DNA from: Eledone cirrhosa
Taxonomy: Eukaryota
Length of the DNA: 64,000 nt
Assembly (NCBI GenBank): GCA_964016885.1
Contig: OZ024741.1
Location: forward strand, 13,268,001-13,332,000
Direction: 5' to 3'
The notes below the pieces were generated by a model, which ran no database searches, was not told where the DNA came from, and worked only from the letters and a program-made list of their open reading frames with translations. The translations under genes and the position numbers were made by a program. The first letter of the stretch is position 1. Each line of letters begins with the position of its first letter. Positions 39,314 through 54,000 of this stretch are shown one piece after another.

Positions 39314-39351
39314 CGAGAATAATTGTTTCACCTTAGCGGATCCTCAGCTCG
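39314..39351 (-). ncRNA. Minimal HHR, same family as the 42604 palindrome
   Basis: Minus: cgag CTGAGGA tcc-gcta-aggt GAAAC-aatt-ATT ctcg (GTT in the sister copy). Confidence 0.75.
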
Positions 39352-39393
39352 TAATGGACATGGTTATACGGAACGGGAAGGACAACCGTACGA

Positions 39394-39442
<49 letters not shown>

Positions 39443-39446
<4 letters not shown>

Positions 39447-39633
39447 AAAAAGTATGACCCCGACGGCAGAGCTCAAGTCGTTTCGACGGCTATTTCTGCA
39501 CTAAATTCTGCACTGAATTTAGTGCAGAAATAGCCGTCGAAACGGCTTGAGCTCTGCCGACGGCGTCATACTTTTTCCTATTCTACTACCCTAAGTATTG
39601 AATACTCTGGTGCATTACCACAATTCCTTCGTT
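39443..39633 (+). mobile_element. Family B fold-back mini-element (palindrome 39443-39580 plus tail)
   Basis: tttcgacggctatttctgcactaaattc / gaatttagtgcagaaatagccgtcgaaa; HHR 3' half. Confidence 0.82.
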
Positions 39634-39705
39634 ATATATACATATATATATATGTAATGGTGCCAATCATATATGTAATCATATATAAATATATATATAT
39701 ATATG

Positions 39706-40050
39706 TAGAAGAGATATTTAATTTGTTGGAAATCCAACGAATATAGACGTTTATAACTGATTCAGAGCACTCGACAGTATTTTTGGAGTAAGTATTCAAT
39801 GATATTAAATAAATGGAAACTATATTTATAAAACCATATTTATTCTATTATATATATTTCAAGGGTACCAAAAATTTCGGTACGCTATCATCATATAAAA
39901 TACAAAATGTTTTATATTTGGTCATGTCAAATATTTATAAAACATTTTGTATTTTATCTGATGATAGCGTACCAACATTTTTGGTACCCTTGAAATATAT
40001 ATAATAGAATAAATATGGTTTTATAAATATAGTTTCCATTTATTTAATAT

Positions 40051-40055
<5 letters not shown>
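39706..40055 (-). mobile_element. Fold-back mini-element (palindrome 39797-40055) with intact HHR on + strand at 39954-40007
   Basis: tat CTGATGA tagcgtacca-acattt-ttggtaccct t GAAAT-atat-ATA atag AATAAA; tail related to 32250-32352 and 46850-46940. Confidence 0.8.
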
Positions 40056-40144
<89 letters not shown>

Positions 40145-40225
40145 GATATGGGATATGTACGTATGTGTGTTTTTGTGTGATAGAGAGATTTAGGGTTGAA
40201 TAATGTGATGTTTCACCCTTTAGCA

Positions 40226-41727
<1,502 letters not shown>

Positions 41728-41832
41728 ATGTATGTATGTATGTATGTATGTATGTATGTATGTATGTATGTATGTATGTATGTATGTATGTATGTATGTA
41801 TGTATGTATGTATGTATGTATGTATGTATGTA

Positions 41833-42080
41833 TTGCTCACTATAAAAGCTTCACGGCACAGGAATTGCTTTATATCTGGAGATCTCTCTGCACTTGTCAT
41901 CACATGGTACCATGGACCCATCACTATGTGTCAATAATTGTCACAAGTGTAGTGTTTGTACCAGAGTTTTCAAGTCGCTGGCTGGACTAAAAAGTCACAC
42001 TCGTTCAGCGCATCGGTAGGGGTTCTCTTACATGGATATAAAGTAGTGGCCGTACTCGAAAACGAGTTGGCAGCCACCAT
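41833..42080 (+). mobile_element. RTE-type ZnF 3' end with (TGTA)n tail
   Basis: Near-identical to 24133-24379. Confidence 0.8.
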
Positions 42081-42085
42081 GTATG

Positions 42086-42140
<55 letters not shown>

Positions 42141-42144
<4 letters not shown>

Positions 42145-42539
42145 GTTCAACCTGCTTTTAGAGCAAATCATGCAAGAAATCCTCAACGACCATCATACCT
42201 CAATATCTGTTAGTGATAGACCAGGCAGTAACAACGAGCTCCAAGACTTGACCAACTAACTTGTTGAAACAGCAGGAGCAAAACCAGTTTTCAGACCAAG
42301 TCCAGATTGTACAAATCGCTGGTAGTCTCCGTCCACCTATACGGGTGTGAGACCATTATGCAAAGCACCGTTGAAGGTAGACGCAGGAGGGGACACCAAC
42401 GCAAAAACTGGTTGGACAATGTCAAACAATGGATGCACATGACTATACCAGATTTGCTGATGGCTGCCGTTGATAGAATATTTTGAGTGTGTGCTGCTTC
42501 TGCTGTAGGATCCCCCGACGACTACAGAAGTCAAGGGAC

Positions 42540-42570
<31 letters not shown>
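42141..42570 (+). mobile_element. Multiply deleted RTE-clade fragment with (GAT)n tail
   Basis: LFNLLLEQIM, LYKSLVVSV.LYGCET and GRRRRGHQRKNWLDNVKQW juxtaposed; (GAT)n tail. Confidence 0.75.
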
Positions 42571-42600
<30 letters not shown>

Positions 42601-42603
42601 GGG

Positions 42604-42831
42604 GGGGGGGTAGAACACTGGAAGGTAATACCCGTAGTGGTAGAACACTCAGTCCATGGGACGATTTAGGTAGAAGTGGTAACACAACAGTTAGTTCACC
42701 ATACCGAGAATCCGCTTAGGTGAAACAATTGTTCTCGGTATGGTGAACTAACTGTTGTGTTACCACTTCTACCTAAATCGTCCCATGGACTGAGTACTCT
42801 ACCACTACGGATATTACCTTCCAGTGTTCTA

Positions 42832-42838
<7 letters not shown>
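42604..42838. mobile_element. Fold-back element (~107-bp arms) with HHR 3' half at the axis
   Basis: Arms 42604-42710 / 42732-42838; spacer tccgcttaggtGAAAC-aatt-GTT; flanking (GA)n/(TC)n are mirrored as well. Confidence 0.85.
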
Positions 42839-42888
<50 letters not shown>

Positions 42889-42943
42889 CAATACATGGAT
42901 TAACTGGACATTCAAAGAACTAGCAGTTTCATAGTTTATGTTG

Positions 42944-43090
42944 GTAAAGACACTTAAACCCCATTATTAGAAGTTGTATTTACTTTTAACCATCACTAAT
43001 CTTCAGCCATGAACGGATTCACGGCTGAAGATTAGTGATGACCAAAAGTAAATACAACTTCTAATAACGGGGTATAAGTGCCTTTCTAAC
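42944..43090. repeat. Imperfect ~70-bp-arm palindrome with degenerate HHR-like CTGAAGA next to the axis
   Basis: ttattagaagttgtatttacttt..catcactaatcttcagcc / ggctgaagattagtgatg..aaagtaaatacaacttctaataa. Confidence 0.65.
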
Positions 43091-43726
43091 AGAAAAAAAC
43101 GAAATAAAACAATGAAAATGTTTGTTTCTTGAATGTCCTAGTTAATATCACGTATTAAATATATATATATTACACACAAACACACACACACACACACACA
43201 CGTATACATGTATGTATGCGTGTGTGTGTGAGTGTGAATATATATATGTGTGTGTGTGTGTATGGGATCAATAAGTGAACAGACGAAATAAATATAGATA
43301 GGAAGAAATATAGAGATACACGTGCAGAGGGACATAGATGAGAGAGAGAGGAAGGGGAGGTGAAGATAGAAAGGGAGAGATATGATACACGTGCAATGAG
43401 AGAGAGAAAGGGAGAGGGGGAAGTGTAAGAAAGAAAGAGAGACAATAAGAGGGATGAAGACATTTAGAAATATAAGTGCAGAGAGGGGGGGGGGAGAAGT
43501 GAAGAAAAGAGAGAAAGTGAAAAAAAAAGAGAGAATAAGAGACAAAGGAATAGAGTGAGGAAGGGAGAGAAAGAATGAGAGATACACGTTCAGAGAAAGG
43601 TAAATGGCAGAAAGCGAGTGATAAATAAATAGATAGATAGATAGATAGAGTGATAGAGAGAGAGATATAGATATAGAGAGAGATAGAGATATAGAGAGTG
43701 GGAGAGACTGAGAGAGTGAAATAGAT

Positions 43727-43759
<33 letters not shown>

Positions 43760-44372
43760 AAGATTGAAAGAGTAGGAGAGACTGAGAGAGTGATATAGAT
43801 AGATAGATAGAGAGACTGAGATAGATAGAGAGATAGATAGAGAATGAGAAAGAAATAAAGAGGTAGATATAGTAAATGTGAGTTACCGCCCCTCCTTCTT
43901 CTCCTCTTGACAGTGTAGTGTTTCTTCTGCAATGAGAGCAAACGGGGGAAATGAACGAACTGGCGGCCTAGTACAGTCAAGATGTGGGATCGTCGTTTGT
44001 TTCCCGTCTAAACAACAACAACAAAAACCACATCAATAAGCAACAAAAACAAGCTCCAGCGACGATTACTCAACTACAATTATAACAACAAACACTACAT
44101 TGGATTCAAAGAGTAAACGTGACATGCAAACTGGTCTTATTGAGAGGCCTATTTACACTACACACCCCTACAAGTAATATACATACATACATATATATAT
44201 ATTACTGAGATATTATTCTCTCGTTGAGTGAGTAATCTTAGTAATATAATATATAATATATATAGTAATATAATATATATATATATAGCTTTGGTATTAA
44301 GCACCATTTCCTCGTGTTTGTAAACCCAACACACACACACACACACATATATATATACATACTCACACACAG

Positions 44373-44456
<84 letters not shown>

Positions 44457-44664
44457 CTAGATATATGTGTATGTCATTGTCTTTATGGAAGCAGGTTGGA
44501 TGCTGTCCGTGACAGGAACCACTCTTGGATATACCCACAAATGGTAGACGGAATGGACAGATACATATACAGATAATTACAGAGGATATTTGCCATTATT
44601 TCAAATAGTATTGTATATTTTTCTCTCTTTCTAACAAGGAATATAATTATACACGCACACACAC

Positions 44665-44697
<33 letters not shown>

Positions 44698-44740
44698 CAC
44701 ATAGATACATATATACATATATATATATATATTCCAACCA

Positions 44741-44774
<34 letters not shown>

Positions 44775-45748
44775 CATAAGCTCTTGAATCACACTTGCAA
44801 ACACCAACGACTACCAAAAGTGGAGTTGTTTCATGTTTTTATCATTTCAATGTTTCCTATAAGTTTTGAGGTGATTTTCCCATCTGTAAAGTTAATATAT
44901 CAGCTTCATCTACATCTTCAAACTACACCGTCTCTTGATTAATTTATAATATACATGTAGACTTCATCTCTCTCTCTATATATGTTATTATAGCATTTTC
45001 TCACGTCTACATGTAAATATTACGACAGTTTCTGCATACACACAGACACACGCGCACCTAGACATTATCTATTTCATCTTTAGATATCTCCTTAAATTTA
45101 CGTGTATGCATGTATGTACATCTATATTTATCTCTATATATAGATATATAAATATATATTATATATACACATGTAAATTATTAGTGTAAATGCACGCATA
45201 CATGCAACAAACGAGCTGTTGTGTGAGACCTTAAAGAAAACTAGGGAGTGTATATATATATATATATAGGTGCGTGTATATACACGTGTGAAGGAGGCAT
45301 TATTACACATCTCCCACACACATATCTTCTTTCTGTAATACAGATATCTGTGTGTATATAACACACACACACACATATATGTATGTACGTGTATATAAGG
45401 TGTAAATAAGTGTGTATGATTTTCCTCCCTGCCTATATATAATTATATATATATATGTATACTATATATATACATATGTAGGTTCGCTTGTTTGTTTGTA
45501 TGGTTCTTTTGATACACAATTCACCAGAGTTCAGCGCTGAATCGCTGTTATATATAAAATCTTTCCGTCTAATTATCTATTCTATATGGAATATATATAT
45601 GTATATAATATATATACATGTAGATAATGTATATATTTCTACATAGACATGCTGTGATTGCTATACACACACTATAGTGTGCAAGTACCTAAGGAAATAA
45701 TACTACTATACAACCAGACCATACACCTCTACAACACTCAACATTATT

Positions 45749-45814
45749 ATGGGAGACAACGGTTTAACTCGGATTTTACTTGTTAGCGCAAACGTTGGAT
45801 CCATTTTCGAGGAT
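45749..45814 (+). CDS. INPP5A: First coding exon of inositol polyphosphate 5-phosphatase A (type I IP3 5-phosphatase)
   Basis: ATG...GAT|GTAAGT encodes MGDNGLTRILLVSANVGSIFED, matching the conserved INPP5A N-terminus (vertebrate VLLVTANVGSLFDD, recalled from memory); canonical phase-0 donor; possible acceptor at 45646. Confidence 0.85.
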
Positions 45815-45888
45815 GTAAGTATTTTTAATCAACATTTCCATTATTGTTTATTAACATCTATCTAGCTATGTGTCTGTCTGTCTGTCTA

Positions 45889-45920
<32 letters not shown>

Positions 45921-45931
45921 TCTATTTATCA

Positions 45932-46142
45932 CGGACGGGAGTACTCACTCTTGGTGCTCCTGGAGATGAGGGTTGTACATTTTTTCGGGGTGTGTACAAC
46001 CCCTGTGTAACGCCTCCCCCCCTATTGGGGATTTCAATTGTTATTTGTTATTTTATTAATAGTTTTATTTTCATATACCTGTATGTAAACTCCCTATTTG
46101 TATTTGTCCCCTTCTTTTGTGCCCCTGTGGCTAATAAAGAAA
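45932..46142 (+). mobile_element. Tx1/L1-clade 3' UTR fragment in the intron
   Basis: Reverse complement of 9312-9520; ends AATAAAGAAA; TCTA/TCTG repeats on both sides. Confidence 0.8.
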
Positions 46143-46598
46143 CATCTATTTGTCTGTCTACATATCTCTCACTCCCCTCTCTCTATTTACACCCCCTCTA
46201 TATATGTGTGTGTGTGTGTGTGTGTAGTGTATCGTGTATTATTTTGGTTTCACTGTGTAAACATCAGTGCTCACTTTATATCATAAATACACTCATTCTA
46301 TATGTGTATGTAGATGTGTGTATATCAATATAGATGTGCGTGTATGTGTTGGTAGCTACGCGTGTATGCATATATGTGTGTATGTGTGTTTGATTCTAAT
46401 GCGTACTATGGTTTCATGCAGGTATTCATGTTGATGTCAGCAATTAACAATATAATTGTTTATGTCCCACCTTCTCTTTCAGGTTATTATCACAATTTGC
46501 TCCTCCTCCTCCACACACTTACACATACGCACATATATACTGACACACGCACTATAAACACAGTGTTTATGATTTCCTGTTACACACACACACACACG

Positions 46599-46641
<43 letters not shown>

Positions 46642-46805
46642 GCTTCTACAGGACTAGAAATGATGATTTCTGATAGGAAGCCTGATGATTTCTCCCGATT
46701 GAAACAGTTCTAGTCCTGTAGAAGCCTTTCTATATTAAATATTTATACTCTGCTTTGTATTGAGTACTTTACTTACTGTGGTTACCTCCGATTGAACCCG
46801 GGATA

Positions 46806-46809
<4 letters not shown>
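46642..46809 (+). mobile_element. Family A mini-element with a short left arm
   Basis: gcttctacaggactagaa...cCTGATGA tttctcccgatt GAAACAGttctagtcCTGTAgaagcc plus tail. Confidence 0.82.
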
Positions 46810-46851
<42 letters not shown>

Positions 46852-47001
46852 AAAGTTCTATTTAAATTGTTGGGATACAACAAGCAAATATTTTTATAAC
46901 TGATATAAAGCACTCAACAAATATTTGGAGTAAAAATACGATATTATATATATATATTTGGAGTAAAAATACGATATTATATATATATATTTGGAGTAAA
47001 A

Positions 47002-47045
<44 letters not shown>

Positions 47046-47083
47046 ATGTATATATATATATATATAGAGAGAGAGAGGAGGAA

Positions 47084-47262
47084 GATGACTTCTACAGGAC
47101 TAGAACTGTTTTATTCGGATGAAATCATCAGGAATGATTTCATACGATGGAAACAGTTCTAGTCCTGTAGAAGACATTTCTATATATATTATAAAGAGGG
47201 CGTATTGAGTACCTTTTCTGTGTTTACCCCTTCACCCCTCGACATAATTCGGAAACCGACAT
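47084..47262 (+). mobile_element. Family A fold-back element, diverged; CTGATGA intact only on the - strand
   Basis: cttctacaggactagaactgttt...catcaggaatgatttc...gaaacagttctagtcctgtagaag; tail 'gtattgagtacc'. Confidence 0.78.
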
Positions 47263-47280
47263 TATATATATGTGTATGTG

Positions 47281-47313
<33 letters not shown>

Positions 47314-47462
47314 ATATATATATGTGTGTATGTATATATATATATGTGTGTGTAAACTACCGTAGTGTTTCATAGTGCTTAAAACATTCAAACATTAACT
47401 GAATGAGCACTCGATACTGATGGGCAAAGTGTAAAAATTTATTATATCAGTAGAAAGGTGAT

Positions 47463-47500
47463 AGTGACTTCGAAGTTTCAGCTTCTACGCTTCATCGGGC
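47463..47500 (-). ncRNA. Degenerate HHR in a small insert (47355-47508)
   Basis: Minus: CCGATGA agc-gtagaa-gct GAAAC-ttcgaa-GTC act. Confidence 0.55.
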
Positions 47501-47674
47501 TACCTTTTATATATATTTATATAATATATAGGCATGTGTCTGTGTGGTCAATACCGTATATGACAGCCAACCATATGCATGTGTATATATAAAACATACA
47601 TATTATGAATGTGTATATGAATACACAATACGTATTGCGTGTTATGTATAGAATATCCTTCTAGAATATGTACG

Positions 47675-47709
<35 letters not shown>

Positions 47710-48051
47710 GTATGTGTATATGAATATAATGTATGTGTCAATATACGAACTGTGTGTCAGTTGATGTGTTTGCATTATGTTAAATAAAACTACATGGATG
47801 TATGCAAATGTATGCGTATATAAATGTGACCACAAGTGTATATGCGTGCACATGCATTGTTTGCACAGAGGAATATGCACACACACATATAAAGACAGTT
47901 TAACTAATTCCAAAACATCCATTTCTGTTCGATATATATATATATATATAATCATCACAGTATAACGTCTATTTTTCTATGCTTGCATGGGTTAGAGGCC
48001 TGATTGGTCAGGTGACTAGGTTCTGCTCATACACTTTTTGGCTTCGTTACT

Positions 48052-51000
48052 CCGGCTAGTGTCTTTCCTAACACCAACCACATTACAGAGTGTACTAGGT
48101 GTAAAGTTTCTATGGCTGGATGTCCTTCCTTACACCAACCACATTACAGAGTGTACTGGGAGTAAAGTTTCTATGGCTGGATGTCCTTCCTAACACCAAC
48201 CACACTACAGAGTGTACTGGGTGTATGGTTTCTATGGCTGGATGTCCTTCCTTACACCAACCACATTACAGAGTGTACTGGGTGTATGGTTTCTATGGCT
48301 GGATGTCCTTCCTGACACCAACCACATTACAGAGTGTACTGGGTGTATGGTTTCTATTGCTGGATATCCTTCCTTACACCAACCACATTACAGAGTGTAC
48401 TGGGTGTATGGTTTCTACAGCTGGATATCCTTCCTTACACCAACCACATTACAGAGTGTACTGGGTGTATGGTTTCTATTGCTGGATATCCTTCCTTACA
48501 CCAACCACACTACAGAGTGTACTGGGTGTATGGTTTCTACAGCTGGATATCCTTCCTAACACCAACCACACTACAGAGTGTACTGGGTGTATGGTTTCTA
48601 TGGCTGCATGTCCTTCCTAACACCAACCACATTACAGAGTGTACTGGATGTATGGTTTCTATGGCTGCATGTCCTTCCTAACACCAACCACATTACAGAG
48701 TGTACTGGGTGTATGGTTTCTATGGCTGCATGTCCTTCCTAACACCAACCACATTACAGAGTGTACTGGGTGTATGATTTCTATGGCTGGATGTCCTTCC
48801 TAACACCAACCACACTACAGAGTGTACTGGGTGTATGGTTTCTATGGCTGGATGTCCTTTCTAACACCAACCACATTACAGAGTGTACTGGGTGTATCGT
48901 TTCTATGGCTGGATGTCCTTCCTAACAACAACCACATTACAGAGTGTACTGGGTGTATGGTTTCTATGGCTGGATGTCCTTCCTAACACCAACTACACCA
49001 CAGAGTGTACTGGGTGTAGAGTTTCTATGGCTGGATGTCCTTCCTAACACCAACCACATTACAGAGTGTACTGGGTGTATGGTTTCTATGGCTGGATGAC
49101 CTTCCTAACACCAACCACACTACAGAGTGTACTGGGTGTATGGTTTCTATGGCTGGATGTCCTTCCTAACACCAACCACACTACAGAGTGTACTGGGTGT
49201 ATGGTTTCTATGGCTGGATGTCCTTCCTAACACCAACCACATTACAGAGTGTACTGGGTGTATGGTTTCTATGGCTGGATGTCCTTCCTAACACCAACTA
49301 CACCACAGAGTGTACTGGGTGTATGGTTTCTATGGCTGGATGTCCTTCCTAACACCAATTACACCACAGAGTGTACTGGGTGTATGGTTTCTATGGCTGG
49401 ATGTCCTTCCTAACACCAACTACACCACAGAGTGTACTGGGTGTAAAGTTTCTATGGCTGGATGTCCTTCCTTACACCAACTACACCACAGAGTGTACTG
49501 GGTGTAAAGTTTCTATGGCTGGATATCCTTCCTAACACCAACTACACCACAGAGTGTACTGGGTGTAAAGTTTCTATGGCTGGATGTCCTTCCTTACACC
49601 AACCACATTACAGAGTGTACTGGGTGTAAAGTTTCTATGGCTGGATGTCCTTCCTAACACCAACCACATTACAGACTGTACTGGGTGTAAAGTTTCTATG
49701 GCTGGATGTCCTTCCTAACACCAACCACATTACAGACTGTACTGGGTGTAAAGTTTCTATGGCTGGATGTCCTTCCTAACACCAACCACATTACAGACTG
49801 TACTGGGTGTAAAGTTTCTATGGCTGGATGTCCTTCCTTACACCAACCACATTACAGACTGTACTGGGTGTAAAGTTTCTATGGCTGGATGTCCTTCCTT
49901 ACACCAACCACACTACAGAGTGTACTGGGTGTATGGTTTCTATGGCTGGATGTCCTTCCTTACACCAACCACATTACAGACTGTACTGGGTGTAAAGTTT
50001 CTATGGCTGGATGTCCTTCCTTACACCAACCACATTACAGACTGTACTGGGTGTAAAGTTTCTATGGCTGGATGTCCTTCCTTACACCAACCACACTACA
50101 GAGTGTACTGGGTGTATGGTTTCTATGGCTGGATGTCCTTCCTAACACCATCCACATTACAGACTGTACTGGGTGTAAAGTTTCTATGGCTGGATGTCCT
50201 TCCTAACACCAACCACATTACAGAGTGTACTGGGTGTATGGTTTCTATGGCTGGATGTCCTTCCTTACACCAACCACATTACAGACTGTACTGGGTGTAA
50301 AGTTTCTATGGCTGGATGTCCTTCCTTACACCAACCACATTACAGAGTGTACTGGGTGTAAAGTTTCTATGGCTGGATGTCCTTCCTAACACCAACCACA
50401 TTACAGAGTGTACTGGGTGTAAAGTTTCTATGGCTGGATGTCCTTCCTAACACCAACCACATTACAGACTGTACTGGGTGTAAAGTTTCTATGGCTGGAT
50501 GTCCTTCCTTACACCAACTACACCACAGAGTGTACTGGGTGTAAAGTTTCTATGGCTGGATATCCTTCCTAACACCAACTACACCACAGAGTGTACTGGG
50601 TGTAAAGTTTCTATGGCTGGATGTCCTTCCTTACACCAACCACATTACAGAGTGTACTGGGTGTAAAGTTTCTATGGCTGGATGTCCTTCCTTACACCAA
50701 CCACATTACAGAGTGTACTGTGTGTATGGTTTCTATGGCTGGATGTCCTGCCTAACACCAACCACATTACAGAGTGTACTGGGTGTATGGTTTCTATGGC
50801 TGGATGTCCTTCCTAACACCAACTACACCACAGAGTGTACTGGGTGTATGGTTTCTATGGCTGGATGTCCTGCCTAACACCAACCACATTACAGAGTGTA
50901 CTGGGTGTAAAGTTTCTATGGCTGGATGTCCTTCCTTACACCAACCACATTACATAGTGTACTGGGTGTATGGTTTCTATGGCTGCATGTCCTTCCTTAC

Positions 51001-54000
51001 ACCAACCACATTGCAGAGTGTACTGGGTGTATGGTTTCTATGGCTGCATGTCCTTCCTAACACCAACCACATTACAGAGTGTACTGGCTGTATGGTTTCT
51101 ATGGCTAGATGTCCTGCCTAACACCATCCACATTACAGAGTGTACTGGGTGTATGGTTTCTATGGCTGCATGTCCTTCCTAACACCAACCACATTACAGA
51201 GTGTACTGGGTGTGTGGTTTCTATGGCTGGATGTCCTTCCTAACACCTACCACATTACAGAGTGTACTGGGTGTATGGTTTCTATGGCTGGATGTCCTTC
51301 CTAACACCTACCACATTACAGAGTGTACTGGGTGTATGGTTTCTATGGCTGGATGTCCTTCCTTACACCAACCACATTACAGAGTGTACTGGGTGTATGG
51401 TTTCTATGGCTGGATGTCCTTCCTTACACCAACCACATTACAGAGTGTACTGGGTGTATGGTTTCTATGGCTGGATGTCCTTCCTTACACCAACCACACT
51501 ACAGAGTGTACTGGGTGTATGGTTTCTATGGCTGGATGTCCTTCCTTACACCAACCACATTAGAGTGTACTGGGTGTATGGTTTCTATGGCTGGATGTCC
51601 TTCCTTACACCAACCACACTACAGAGTGTACTGGGTGTATGGTTTCTATGGCTGGATGTCCTTCCTAACACCAACCACACTACAGAGTGTACTGGGTGTA
51701 TGGTTTCTATGGCTGGATGTCCTTCCTTACACCAACCACATTAGAGTGTACTGGGTGTATGGTTTCTATGGCTGGATGTCCTTCCTAACACCAACCACAC
51801 TACAGAGTGTACTGGGTGTATGGTTTCTATGGCTGGATGTCCTTCCTTACACCAACCACATTAGAGTGTACTGGGTGTATGGTTTCTATGGCTGGATGTC
51901 CTTCCTAACACCAACCACATTACAGAGTGTACTGGGTGTATGGTTTCTATGGCTGGATGTCCTTCCTTACACCAACCACACTACAGAGTGTACTGGGTGT
52001 ATGGTTTCTATGGCTGGATGTCCTGCCTAACACCAACCACATTACAGAGTGTACTGGGTGTATGGTTTCTATGGCTGGATGTCCTTCCTAACACCAACCA
52101 CACTACAGAGTGTACTGGGTGTATGGTTTCTATGGCTGGATGTCCTTCCTAACACCAACCACACTACAGAGTGTACTGGGTGTATGGTTTCTATGGCTGG
52201 ATGTCCTTCCTTACACCAACCACATTAGAGTGTACTGGGTGTATGGTTTCTATGGCTGGATGTCCTTCCTTACACCAACCACACTACAGAGTTTACTGGG
52301 TGTATGGTTTCTATGGCTGGATGTCCTGCCTAACACCAACCACATTACAGAGTGTACTGGGTGTATGGTTTCTATGGCTGGATGTCCTTCCTAACACCAA
52401 CCACACTACAGAGTGTACTGGGTGTATGGTTTCTATGGCTGGATGTCCTGCCTAACACCAACCACATTACAGAGTGTACTGGGTGTATGGTTTCTATGGC
52501 TGGATGTCCTTCCTTACACCAACCACACTACAGAGTGTACTAGGTGTATGGTTTCTATGGCTGGATGTCCTTCCTAACACCAACCACATTAAAGAGTGTA
52601 CTGGGTGTATGGTTTCTATGGCTGGATGTCCTTCCTAACACCAACCACATTAAAGAGTGTACTGGGTGTATGGTTTCTATGGCTGGATGTCCTTCCTAAC
52701 ACCAACCACATTAAAGAGTGTACTGGGTGTATGGTTTCTATGGCTGGATGTCCTTCCTAACACCAACCACATTAAAGAGTGTACTGGGTGTATGGTTTCT
52801 ATGGCTGGATGTCCTTCCTAACACCAACCACACTACAGAGTGTACTGGGTGTATGGTTTCTATGGCTGGATGTCCTTCCTTACACCAACCACACTACAGA
52901 GTGTACTGGGTGTATGGTTTCTATGGCTGGATGTCCTTCCTAACACCAACCACATTACAGAGTGTACTGGGTGTATGGTTTCTATAGCTGGATGTCCTGC
53001 CTAACACCATCCACATTACAGAGTGTACTGGGTGTATGGTTTCTATGGCTGGATGTCCTTCCTTACACCAACCACATTACAGAGTGTACTGGGTGTATGG
53101 TTTCTATGGTTGGATGTCCTTCCTAACACCATCCACATTACAGAGTGTACTGGGTGTATGGTTTCTATGGCTGGATGTCCTTCCTTACACCAACCACATT
53201 ACAGGGTGTACTGGGTGTATGGTTTCTAAGGCTGGATGTCCTTCCTTACACCAACCACATTACCGAGTGTACTGGGTGTATGGTTTCTATGGCTGGATGT
53301 CCTTCCTAACACCATCCACATTACAGAGTGTACTGGGTGTATGGTTTCTATGGCTGGATGTCCTTCCTTACACCAACCACATTACAGAGTGTACTGGGTG
53401 TATGGTTTCTATGGCTGGATGTCCTTCCTTACACCAACCACATTACAGAGTGTACTGGGTGTATGGTTTCTATAGCTGGATGTCCTTCCTTACACCAACC
53501 ACATTACAGAGTGTACTGGGTGTATGGTTTCTATGGCTGGATGTCCTTCCTTACACCAACCACATTACAGAGTGTACTGGGTGTATGGTTTCTATAGCTG
53601 GATGTCCTTCCTTACACCAACCACATTACAGAGTGTACTGGGTGTATGGTTTCTATGGCTGGATGTCCTGCCTAACACCATCCACATTACAGAGTGTACT
53701 GGGTGTATGGTTTCTATGGCTGCATGTCCTTCCTAACACCAACCACATTACAGAGTGTACTGGGTGTATGGTTTCTATGGCTGGATGTCCTTCCTAACAC
53801 CATCCACATTACAGAGTGTACTGGGTGTATGGTTTCTATGGCTGGATGTCCTTCCTAACACCATCCACATTACAGAGTGTACTGGGTGTATGGTTTCTAT
53901 GGCTGGATGTCCTTCCTTACACCAACCACATTACAGAGTGTACTGGGTGTATGGTTTCTATAGCTGGATGTCCTTCCTTACACCAACCACATTACAGAGT

